DNA of 64,000 nt from positions 99,014,001 to 99,078,000 of the forward strand of contig NC_043000.1 of assembly GCF_006345805.1 (NCBI RefSeq). The letters are read 5' to 3'. Position numbers and translations under genes: made by a program. This DNA is from Octopus sinensis (taxonomy: Eukaryota). This document shows positions 52,679 to 64,000 of this stretch, piece by piece. Positions within the stretch are counted from its first letter, which is position 1, and each line of letters starts with the position of its first letter. The notes below the pieces were generated by a model. The model did not search any database, had not been told where the DNA came from, and saw only the letters and a program-made list of their open reading frames with translations.

Positions 52679-53771
52679 GATAAATAAGAGAAAATGGATT
52701 GAGCAACATTGAGCTTTGTATAGCATACTACAAGTTTTATTTTACCTAGATTTTATCCAAATATAATCATATGGATGGCAATATATAATGTAAAATCAGA
52801 AGCAAAAACATCAAAGTGCGAAGAGACGTTATTAGATTATCCTTTGGAAGGAGTGTGGAAAGTGTTGACTGCTAGGACATTCCTGGGCTGTGCGCAGATT
52901 TCATATTCTCCCGAGGTCAACTTCGCTTTCCATCCTTCCACGATCGATACGAGCTCAATTCTGCTGCATCATTCTCTACTATCTCTTATTGTATCATTGA
53001 TTTCCCAGAATCATGAAGAGGTACCCAAGAGCGTGCTGGTGTCAACATGTGATTGTATGTTTACCTAAAACCTTTAGCGAAAGCATGTTACAAATTGATT
53101 CAAAATCTTCCTTTTCAAACCTGATTTATGTAGTCTCTTTCATTATAACATTACTGTCAGACCTCATACCAGGTACACAGTTCACTACTTATAAAAAGCA
53201 TCATCCTCAATCTAACTACCCTAGCCTGTCTAGTTAAGCATACTACTCGCTTTAAACTATTATATTATACAATCTGTCACATTTTAACTTTTATTGATTC
53301 CTTTTTATGTAGCCATCCATTTCTCACTGGTTTTCTGTTATCCATTCACTCTGCACTTCCTCACTACAAAGTTGCTTTTATCTTTCATTTTTACTATCAA
53401 CATATTGTTGAACACCTTTTTAAGCATTATCAATATCATAGGAACTATACATGTATCTGTTATCTTCACCTTATCACTTTTTGTATTTCAATCTTTCTAT
53501 TGTATTTACTAAGTCTGCCGGTTTAATTCTTTTAAATTTTATAGTTATTACCATCATAACAGTTGCCATTTTCATTTATAATTCTCGGTTTTGTGATTTC
53601 TATCACAACTATCATAATAATTATTAGCTTTATTATTTATTTAACTCTATTAACTTAGGTAGTCAGATACTGTGATTTCTTTCAGGTGTGGTGGTTACAA
53701 GTTAACAGCAGACGACACGTTCCAATCCATCAAATATAAAGACATTTACGTTTCTCTTTTTTACATACATG

Positions 53772-53825
<54 letters not shown>

Positions 53826-54885
53826 ATATAAAACTGAATAGAGCTTTGAAAGCCATAAAATGTAATTTCGTTTTGTTTATATTTTATTATTGGTAGAATT
53901 ATGATAAAGATTAGATGGCAAAAACAACTTTTTTGTCATGTATTACCACCTTTTTTATCATCAATGTTGCTTGATTTTATTATATATATATTTTAAGATT
54001 GCTTAGCTACATCCAAGTATTCTTTATCCAACACCCATCCTTTTCGGTTTATTACCCCATCGTCTTAACGTAACTTAAATTATCATTCCCCCATGCTTTT
54101 GAATATGCACCTTGATATCAGTCATATAATGGCTTTAGTTATCCTTCGAGCCTCCCTGTGAGTAAAGGAATGTAACTCTATAGATGATCGTGCGCGACTG
54201 CATGTGTACATATCAAAGTATGCTTTATATATGTACATATACACAGACCAGAGTGAAGCATGAATATGATGAACATGAATACACGGTTTAATAATTTTTA
54301 AAATGTATATTTTTCAAATAGTTTTATTTTTTATATTTTTATAAATTTCTATATATATACATTGTCAATGTATGTATATAGAAATTTATAAAGAAGGACT
54401 TTGTTTCCTTTTTTTCCTTCTATATGTTCTTACATATTTTCACACCAAAGTAAAAAGGTATGTAGCACCCAAATGTTCATATACGCAATGCAATATGATA
54501 GCCCGTCAAGTCAGCGTTCACACATGACCGAGAAATATATTCAGGCTTTATTGCATTTTTTATCTTTTTATGGAACAAATGATATACTGATTATACTTGT
54601 TCCAATATACATTTTCGAATGGAGATCGGAAATGTGAAACTGGAAGTCATGTTTAATGAAGTTTCTAGTTTCTATACAGAATTAAACACTACATTACATT
54701 CTGAGCGCCCTACTTTTTCACATGAGACAGTTTATCACTATATAAAATGAAACATAAATATATATACATACATACAGACACACAAACAAACAAATACACA
54801 CACATGCGCGCACACACATATCGGTAGATAGATAGATAGATAAATATGTACATAGGTACACATGCAGACACATGTATGTATGCAA

Positions 54886-54982
<97 letters not shown>

Positions 54983-55247
54983 CATACAGGAAAATTAAGT
55001 GGCGCATTTTCTTTGCGTTAGTTTATCGGAAATTCATTCTTTTGTTTTTTACTTATTCCTTACAGATATTAGTCATATCCTCAAGTAAATTCCGTAAAGT
55101 CATATTAGTTGTAGAGTACCTTCGGAGTATAATTGCTTCACTTATATGAATTGAATTATGTATCACGTGGTCCACACAAGTCGAGAGCAAAGCATCGAGA
55201 GATAGAGGGTGGGAGATTGAGAGAGATTGATTTCTAGACAGACAAAC

Positions 55248-55339
<92 letters not shown>

Positions 55340-56164
55340 GCCCACATACATAATAAGTTGGTTGATGTGTCTAGCGAGTGATTACTCATACGTAGTATGA
55401 GATCATGCATAAGACTCGAATTTTTTTTAGCTCTAGATCTGGTTTTAACGAGATCTACGTTCACAGATTGCACCTTGGTTAGTTTGTTCTTCCTTGATTA
55501 AAGAAGATAGGAAATAAGAAATAATTCAATAATAATTAAGATAAACATGAAAGTATATTTATAAAACTAAATGTTTGTTAGAAAATGCTAAATTTCTGAA
55601 CTAATTAATAAAAATTTCTTTTAAAGATACATTAGAAGCAAAAAGAAATGGGAAAATCTCAGATCAAGACCCGGTCGTCGTGGTTATCATAACAGCGCAT
55701 GATATTGGGCACTATGACGTAGATACCGGGAAATCGTTTCTGTCAACTTGTAAGAGGAAGTAATCTGCTTCATTCATGAAAGCACTACTTGTATCACGAT
55801 GTATATATATTTATTTATATATGTATAGCAAGTATCACGATTTATATCTCTGTTAAATGACTGAAAATGCTATAGAAATTGCTCTCTTCCAGCCTGCAAA
55901 TGGTATTCTTAACAACTTGCTGGAGAACTCTACTTACCAGTCAACGAGTCAAATAGAAGATATATAGTCAGGCTATGATTCATACAAATTTGTTACAAAA
56001 TAGTTAACGTTAATCGAGTTAGAGGAAAAGTATCTTCGGGGTCACTCGACTCGCAATAAGTAACAGTTAAATATTCTTCAAATCATACCCAAAAAAGAAA
56101 CGAGACATTTATTTTGCATGTCAGTATAGTAAGTATCCTGTACATTACAGTCTCAAGTCATAGG

Positions 56165-56387
56165 ACCCACAGGGTAACTTACCCTTTTTCCAAGGATATA
56201 AATGACCAGGATTATAACATACCACACTGAACGGGACACCAGTCCGTCTCAGCGTTTTTCATTTATAGCTGAGTAGACTAGAACAACATAAAGCGTTTTA
56301 CTCAATAACACGATGCGCTAATCGTTCAAGGAATCAAAAACCACGATCTCGTATGCAGCACCTTAGCCATTAAGCCACGCGCCTTCA
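56165..56387 (-). mobile_element. tRNA-derived SINE, family C / V-like
   Basis: Minus strand tgaaggcgcgtggcttaatggctaagg...gacggactggtgtcccgttcag. Confidence 0.7.
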
Positions 56388-56506
56388 TAGTCCAATATCT
56401 TTGTCTGTGAAAAAACAAAACAAAAAAAAAAAAAACGAAAATGGGAATGTTTAGAGACTAAAAGCAAGTTGACCCAATCGGTGCAATAAATGCCAGTTGA
56501 TCCAAG

Positions 56507-56740
56507 AAGGCGGCGAGCTGGCAGAATCGTTAGCTTGCCGGGTGAAAAACTTAGTGGGTTTTCGTCTGCCGTTAAGTTTTGAGTTCAAATTCCGTTGAGG
56601 TTGACTTTGCCTTTCATCCTTTCGGGGTCGATATAATAAGTGTCAATTACACACTGGGGTCGATGTAATCGACTTAAACCCTTTGTCTGTCTTTGTTTGT
56701 CCCCTATATGTTTAGCACCCTGTGAGCAATAAATAAATAA
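56507..56740 (+). mobile_element. SINE family B, long-tail subtype
   Basis: aggcggcgagctggcagaatcgttagc...gagttcaaattcc...gcctttcatcctttcggggtcgat...tttgtctgtctttgtttgtccc. Confidence 0.9.
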
Positions 56741-57284
56741 ATAGGTGTTACCATAGTTATGTGCCGTACGTTTCTAGACCATCTCTGTCCTTCGACTACG
56801 ATAGTAATTATATGGAAGTTTGAGTATGCGTCTGAGTAAGTAGCTGTAACAATTTAATCCTTGACATATATTCCGTTAGCTTGCATAGAGTTGAAATGAA
56901 TGGAAAAAGATTACAAAAACATCCAGTCGCCCAATTAATTAGATTTCATTGGGATGTAGTATCGGCGTTGCGTCAAATGTTTTGAAACGCAAAAGTTAAT
57001 ATATTTTTTTCTTTTCGTTTTCATTCCTATTTTTTATGCTGATATTTGTTTTCTAATGAACTGACAGATTACGTGACTGGCAAAGAAGCTACATTTAGCT
57101 ATCCACACCAGAACCAACAAACCATAGATATTCGATACTATTCTATTATCGACCGCTAATATATTATGTACTAATGAATTAATAAACTATTACACTCGTG
57201 AGACGTGTGTAATACTTGATTTAAAGAATTTCGGAATAGTTATCACGATCTCTTAGAAGAAAGTACCAATATATAATTTATTGA

Positions 57285-57490
57285 AGACGGGAAGCTGTCA
57301 GAATCGTTAATACGCCGGTCAAAATGCTTAGCGGCATTTCGTCTGTCGTCACATTCTGAGTTCAAATTCCGCTGTGGTTGACTTTGTTCTTTCGGGCACG
57401 TGGTAAAATAAGTGCCAGTTGAACAATGGGGTCGATTTAATCGACTTATCCCCTTCCCCAAACCTGCTGGCATTGTGCCAATATTTGAAG
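57285..57490 (+). mobile_element. SINE family B
   Basis: gaagctgtcagaatcgttaatacgccgg...gcttagcggcatttcg...ctgagttcaaattccg...ggggtcgatttaatcgact...cattgtgccaatatttgaa. Confidence 0.88.
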
Positions 57491-57845
57491 CCCATATATA
57501 TTGGAAAAGAGCACGGGATTAGAAAGCAAAAATGTTTAAAACTAAAGGTTTTGGTCAAAAATTCTTTCACAGAAGGAAACTACCACCCAATTCTTTGTTT
57601 TACCTCGAGGTAGATATATCTGTTCCGAAAGACCGTGGATCGATTGTAACAATCATCTCATATTTTATTTACTAATCATTTTAGGAAACAAAAAAATGCT
57701 TGTTTCTGCCCCTGAATGTTTTGTTCGTTTTCTCCTTTTGTTTTCTTTCTTGTTTTTTGCTAATTCATTATAAATATATGAAACATCGTCTACTTGAGAT
57801 ATAATACATGTTTACCTTTGTACATTTTCTTTTTCTTCCTGCTAG

Positions 57846-58008
57846 GCGGTTCCATTACAAAAGCAATATTCTACACATCAACCTCTTCTTGGCATTTTGT
57901 TTTCGCTCCATTTTCGCCTTGATGCGTATCTACTTATTCACTTACGGATATGCCATGTCAATTGATATGGAAGAGAAGGGCGGTTTATTAATCTTCAAAC
58001 CGGGATCG
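57846..58008 (+). CDS. Class B1 GPCR exon, ICL1-TM2-ECL1
   Basis: ttttcttcctgctag|G CGG TTC...GGA TCG|gtaagt; RFHYKSNILHINLFLAFCFRSIFALMRIYLFTYGYAMSIDMEEKGGLLIFKPGS (N-x-x-H-x-N-L-F TM2 motif). Confidence 0.95.
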
Positions 58009-59754
58009 GTAAGTCAGATAAAACAAACAAAATCACACATACACACGTACGTACGAGCACACACACACACACACACACACTCATACACATATTCACATAT
58101 ACACACACTCACACACACACTCATACACATATTCACATACACACAAACACAGACACACACATACACACACACAAACGAGAAACCTAGTCCTCTTTTCTTT
58201 GAATTATAATGTCCAATATCACTTAGCGTAGAAAATGTTAACAGCTACTTCATTCATAATATATGTAAGCGAAAGTTATGACGAAAATAGAGGATGGCCT
58301 TTACGCAACAGCAGGAGAACAGTCACTGATTTGAAACGTACCCACGTGTGTGTGTTTGTGTGTGTCTGTGTACGTGTGTGTGCGTGTGTGTGCGTGTGTG
58401 TGTGTGCGTGTGTGTGCGTGTGTGTGTGTGCGTGTGTATGTATTGCATTCAGATTCCACTGCAGGATAGTCCTTCCACATACTTCAAAATCTTCCGATAT
58501 ATATGTGAGTGTACGCATGGACACACACACATACACATACACATAAACACACACACACACAAACATGTACAGACACGCACACACACACACACACACATAC
58601 ACACACACATAAACACACACACACAAACATGTACAGACACGCACACACACTTATATATATTACATCACAGATGCAGATTTGTTGATTTGCGTAAGAAATA
58701 CGTCATAACAAAATAATGTATTTCTATCAATGACGATATTACAAGATGATAAATCATGGAAGAGGAAAAGAAAGACGTATTTTTTTTTATATTTAAAACA
58801 AATACAAAATGATGTTTGTCTTCCATAATATACCGCTTCGGTTTATTACAAAGTTCACTGTAGACTGGATGTTTTTCAGGCGGTTGTAATGCTTCTAATT
58901 AGCAATGAAAAATGTCACCAACACCATGCTATAAACCAGGTTTCGTTTATTTTTTATTTACGTAATATAGTTAAAGTAAGAAAGAGGGGACGAAGCCGAC
59001 CTTTGTTAGACTCACTAGCTTTGGTGAAAACGATACAGTTGATATCCAATCTAAGAATTCAATATTTCACTGCATGAAGGTATATAAGGTATGTCTTCTA
59101 AAATAAACGTACAATTTTAGCTTCACTGCCATAAAATCTCTCCAGGGCCAAAAAAAGGAATCGATTTGACAATTTCTAATCTTGTTAGATATTCGTTCTT
59201 GAAGGAATATCAGGTTCCCTTCTACGGAGAGATTGGCATATCCATAGAAAGGTTAGCAGTTTGTAGTTATTTACAGTACAATGACTAGGTGAGCGCTTAA
59301 GCGTTTTCTTACTTTGCCTGGTAACAGTATATGCATACAACGTAGATTAAGTAGTCCATTCATGGAACACTACACAGTATTTTACAAAACATATTTTAAA
59401 ATACAAATTTATACCCATTTAAAATAAAAAGGCAATTTTAAACTACGCTATGAGAAGTAAAGAACGTAGTTATACCACTGATTTTATTTTCTGTGGACAG
59501 AAGAATGTAAAATTAACCTGAGTAGTTTATAGTTTTTTAGACACATAAGCTAACTCATTAATTTTACAATAACGCTGGTGTATGTGTGTGTCTCGAATGC
59601 ATATCAGAATCTTGTGATTTTCATTTGAGTCATAATTTAGTGATTGGAGGAAGAGAAAGAGTAGTGTCCATAACCAAACTTGGCACTCCTGAAAGATTGA
59701 TGCGACTGATAGAGAATACATAGCATGAATATCAATAAACAATGTTTTCAGCAA

Positions 59755-59900
59755 AATGAAAGTATCCTATTGTTTGCTTCTGAGTCATAATGAATGAGAG
59801 CAAACATCATCAGAAAGCTCCAAACATTCACAAAGAACTGCTTCAATAATCTTCTAAATATTAGATATCCGGAAATTGTGTGAAAATAGATAGGCCTCTC
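59755..59900 (+). mobile_element. Decayed RTE-clade LINE fragment
   Basis: ESILLFASES**MRANIIRKLQTFTKNCFNNLLNIRYPEI aligns with RTE KSVLLYGSETW...KLQTF.N.CLR.IL.I.WP. Confidence 0.6.
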
Positions 59901-60278
59901 GAGAGAAATGCTTTGCAAGGCAAACTTTAGATTGTAAACCAGAAAAGGGAAGGAACACACGACGTCTGGGATCAGCAGCTTGAGATCCGCAATAGAGAAA
60001 ATAAAGATAAAAGAAATGTTAAAGAAAAAACTGAAAAGAAAAAGTACAGAATAGATTGCATTGGAAGACTGCAGTGGAGAGCATATATTGCACCAGAAAT
60101 TCAATTTGTACCTGAACACGCGGGTGAATGTCTCCAGCGAAATAAACAAAATATATTTGGTAAAGAATAACCAGAGGTATCTAGTGTGAAAATTTGAAAA
60201 CCTTGACACTTCTCTAATGGGGTCAAAAGAGCTATGATGCTTGTTGCTTGTTACCTCGCCCTAGATCTGTTGTGACAA

Positions 60279-60316
60279 AGTGGACGTACGATCAAAGGCT
60301 TGATCGTACGTCCACT
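60279..60316. repeat. Perfect 17-bp hairpin with 4-nt loop
   Basis: AGTGGACGTACGATCAA-AGGC-TTGATCGTACGTCCACT. Confidence 0.97.
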
Positions 60317-61018
60317 AGATCATGACCTTGCGTTTTTCTCGGACATTGTGCAGTTAAAACTACATTATCGAATGTCTTCTTTTTTTAAGAAAATAGCTTA
60401 CAGTTTGAGGTATATTTAACTGCTAATCTAGCTGGTCGAGTAAATGATGTTTAACAAGATATTATAACATTGACGCTAGATACATAAGGATCTATTATCG
60501 AACACTGTATATTGAAATCAATGTACAATATACAAAATATTCATTTTTTAAAAATGTTAAGTTTTTAAAGATGAAAGAGACATTTGCGTCACTCTATATA
60601 GGATAAAGTAAAGTCATTTAAGATAGGTTTGGTTATAACTTCTAGCATGTCGTAAGACCATCAAGAAAGTCTAACCCTTGTTCCAGTAAAATGATAGAAA
60701 TAGTATTGAGCTTTATTTGTCTTCGTTCTGGGATCAAAATCAGCTTACATCAACTTCGTTTTCTTCATTCTAGGAAAAATGAAATTACTCCATAATTCTT
60801 TGGACTGTATTCATCACAAATGCTATTGTAACATCAACAATAAATACACACAGCAAAAGAATCATACGTCATAGGATTAATTACGTATGATTCATATGAT
60901 TCATGATTCTTTTCTCATAAAAGAGATTTATTATTCTCAATCAAAAGTGCACAAATTTATGTAGCTTAGCTACTCATTAACTTACAATCAACCACTTTTT
61001 GATTTCTGTCTTTCTCTC

Positions 61019-61068
<50 letters not shown>

Positions 61069-61073
61069 ACACA

Positions 61074-61125
<52 letters not shown>

Positions 61126-61255
61126 GACATCTATACATACACACATGCATATGTTTGTATGCACGTTTCTCTCTCTCTGTATATATATATATATACGTAG
61201 AATACGTTTGTCTGTTCAATCGTGTAGTAATATCATTGACTTTTTTTTATTTCAG

Positions 61256-61412
61256 CATTGGCAATGTCGTCTGCTGTTTACATTATTCCACTACGGCATC
61301 GCCGTCAGCCAATCATGGATATTTATCGAAGGCCTTTATCTTCAGATGTTATTTTATCGAACATTTATGACTCAACAACGAGGCATCAAGCTCTACATCA
61401 TATTTGGATGGA
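61256..61412 (+). CDS. Class B1 GPCR exon, TM3-ICL2-start of TM4
   Basis: ttttttttatttcag|CAT TGG...GGA TGG A|gtaagt; HWQCRLLFTLFHYGIAVSQSWIFIEGLYLQMLFYRTFMTQQRGIKLYIIFGW (W-x-x-x-EGLYL and GW motifs). Confidence 0.96.
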
Positions 61413-61687
61413 GTAAGTGACGCCATAGAGCACTTAGAATCTTACTATATATATATTTTTCTCTACTTAAAACCTATCTAATCTCATGAGTATTTTGTTT
61501 ATTATATCCTTGTCAATTTCTCATATGGAATGATATTTAGTGACTTGTTACGCCATGCTAAAGTTATATTGCGTGTCTCCCGTCCAAGTAGGAACATATT
61601 TCATTACGTAGCCATTGCTATTTTTGTTGCATCTACATTTTTTTACTACCTCCTACAGAATGTTTATTAATATTATGTAAGAAAGCA

Positions 61688-62015
61688 AAGCGGCGAGCTG
61701 GCAGAAACGTTAGCATGCCGGGCGAAATGCTTGGCGGAATTTCGTCTGCCGTTACGTTCTGAGTTCAAATTCCGCCGAGGTCTACTTTGCCTTTCATCCT
61801 TTCGGGGTCGATAAATTAAGTACTAGTTACGCACTGGGGTCGATATGATCGACTTAATCCGTTTGTCTGTCCTTGTTTGTCTGTCCTTGTTTGTCCTCTC
61901 TGTGTTTAGCACATTGTGGGTAGTAAAGAAATAGGTATTTCGTCCGTCTTTAAGTTCTGGGTTCAAAATCGAATTACCCATTCCCGCAGAATTGCTGCTC
62001 TTGTGCCAAAATTTG
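61688..62015 (+). mobile_element. SINE family B, long-tail subtype with partial second unit
   Basis: aagcggcgagctggcagaaacgttagc...gcctttcatcctttcggggtcgataaattaagtac...aataggtatttcgtccgtctttaagttctgggttcaaa. Confidence 0.9.
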
Positions 62016-62289
62016 AAATCAATATTACATACGAGAGTGAAGGCGCATGGATTAGTGCTAAGTGTAATTGACTCATGTTTATAAAGGTACAGGTTCAATC
62101 CCTGGGCTGTAGTGGGTGAGTTGTATCTTTATGCAAAACATTTCATTTCAAGGTATTCCTGTCTTCTCAACTGTAGAGGGATACCAGCTTCGTGCCGGCC
62201 CAACATGCTTTTCCTCCGCCTTTCATTTGCTGCATATTCTACAAAGTCAAGGTGAAGTGACCGAGTGGATGTTTATGTCTCCTCGCACC

Positions 62290-62455
62290 TAAGTGGCAGA
62301 GTCATAAATCAAGATTTCTTTGAAGTAAAACCATTTGGTTCAGTAAGAATATACTTCAGATAAGACTATAGCAGCTAAATTTGGAAGCTAACACTTATGG
62401 GACAGGGGGAGTGAAATCATATAGTATCAATCTTGATTTATGACTCTGCCATTTA
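62290..62455. mobile_element. MITE with 23-bp perfect (28-bp near-perfect) terminal inverted repeats, TA ends
   Basis: tggcagagtcataaatcaagatt (62294-62316) versus aatcttgatttatgactctgcca (62429-62451). Confidence 0.8.
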
Positions 62456-62841
62456 AATTGTCTATCTATTTTGCCCTATCCATAAAGGATACACTCTAGT
62501 TTCTCTTAGTTTTGATAAACTAGTCTATAAATTAAAACTAACCCCGCCCACTAGTAAATCTAAATAACAGAAATAATCAGTGAAAAGGAGTGTCTTTTTT
62601 TAAACAAATGTCAGTTACAACTGTGATGTTGATAAAACCTGTTCTTTGTCTATCTACTTATCCTCTTGGTGATTTTGGATAAAAAGAAAATTATACAAAT
62701 GAGTTCTTCGAATTTAACTAAATTCTATATTTGTATGCAACTGAAGATTAAATTGATGTAATGTTTGCATTGTTCAATTAAATGGAGTCGCATAAAACGA
62801 TCGTATTACATTACCTCTGGATATCCTTGTTGCTTATTTTG

Positions 62842-62915
<74 letters not shown>

Positions 62916-62933
62916 TATATGTACATATATATA

Positions 62934-63002
<69 letters not shown>

Positions 63003-63049
63003 TGTGTGTGTGTGTGTGTGTGTACATGTATATATATGTATATTGTATG

Positions 63050-63160
63050 GCTGTGTGTTCAGTTATACTACATGGCAACTTGGGCAAGTGTCTTCTACTA
63101 TTGTCTCCGACCAACCAAATCTTTGAAAGTATATTTTCTAGACAGAAACCCCGTCAAATA
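63050..63160 (+). mobile_element. SINE family A fragment
   Basis: tggctgtgtg...gcaacttgggcaagtgtcttctactattgtctccgaccaacc...tagacagaaac. Confidence 0.75.
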
Positions 63161-64000
63161 TGTAACGTATATTTGTATTTCTGTGTATATCTAATATATA
63201 AAATAGACATGTGTGCGTATTCACTTGTCATGCGAAAACAGCTTTACCAATTACTTCCATACTTGTTATGCCTGAATAATTTGACTTCGGACATATTATA
63301 GGGTCTTCATTTGATTTTTTATTAAAAGTTTTTAAAAATAAAAAAATATATAATTTTATATTACATACAAGGCTTTCAAAGATTTTAATATTTTTACTTC
63401 CGGTTTTCTAGAGTCGGTGACGTATCATATCTCCTTATGTATACCTCTCTATTCATCTCTCTGTGCCTATCTCTATCTCTCTGTAACATATCTCTCTATC
63501 TATATCTCTTGTTTTCACTTTCATTTTACAGACCCTATTCTTTTCTCTTTCAATTTTCATACGCCATTGTTTAACTCCCATGTAATTGTTTTGAATCGCT
63601 ATTTACAAACAAACAACGACAAATTAATGACAGAAACAAATTCACAAATACTGATATAAGTAATTTCATTGGTTTGCTGAGTGACAAATTTCCCTTCAGC
63701 CCCTACAATACTTTCTTTTCCGTTAAAATTTCTTATTTACTTTCTGCCTGTCTCATTAAGAACTACAGATTTCTGCCCACCAGCACAATTTACATGGTCC
63801 TAACTTTCAGAATTATGGATAATTTTTAATAAAATTTTCTACGAATGTGTGTTCTATCATGTCAGTTTCGGATATATAAAATTTGGGGGAGTAACTGTTT
63901 TAGGAGGGGGAGGGGATTTTCTGAAAATTCACCTGAATCTACTTCAATTCGTCTTAACTTCCAAGAAAATAGATATTTTTTAATGAAATTCTCTACATTA

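Noticed and set aside
59770-59815. CTGATGA plus an 8-bp hairpin on the minus strand
   Set aside because: No GAAA follows, and the region is explained by a + strand RTE relic.
59748-60209. 153-aa minus-strand ORF
   Set aside because: Antisense shadow of a decayed RTE fragment and A-rich sequence; no domain.

Overview
This is AT-rich, microsatellite-dense metazoan genomic DNA; the SINE/LINE repertoire suggests a coleoid cephalopod such as Octopus (inference). The only host gene I can support is a + strand class B1 (secretin-family) GPCR resembling invertebrate PTH-receptor-like/cluster B receptors. Five in-phase exons (42280-42393, 47524-47636, 48913-49007, 57846-58008, 61256-61412) encode the hormone-binding ectodomain through the start of TM4. 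The 5' exon(s) were not identified and the 3' exons were not found before the window ends. The rest is repeat-derived: several tRNA-derived SINE families, RTE, CR1-like and Dong/R4 LINE relics, non-autonomous Helitrons, an intron-bearing hAT transposase pseudogene, MITEs and long foldback elements. The most unusual signal is a set of type I hammerhead-ribozyme folds, probably Penelope-like in origin. They include a near-perfect palindrome carrying a hammerhead on both strands and a variant with a compensatory G3-C8 core swap. Nearly all ORFs in the supplied track are microsatellite artefacts. All alignments and folds were done by eye.
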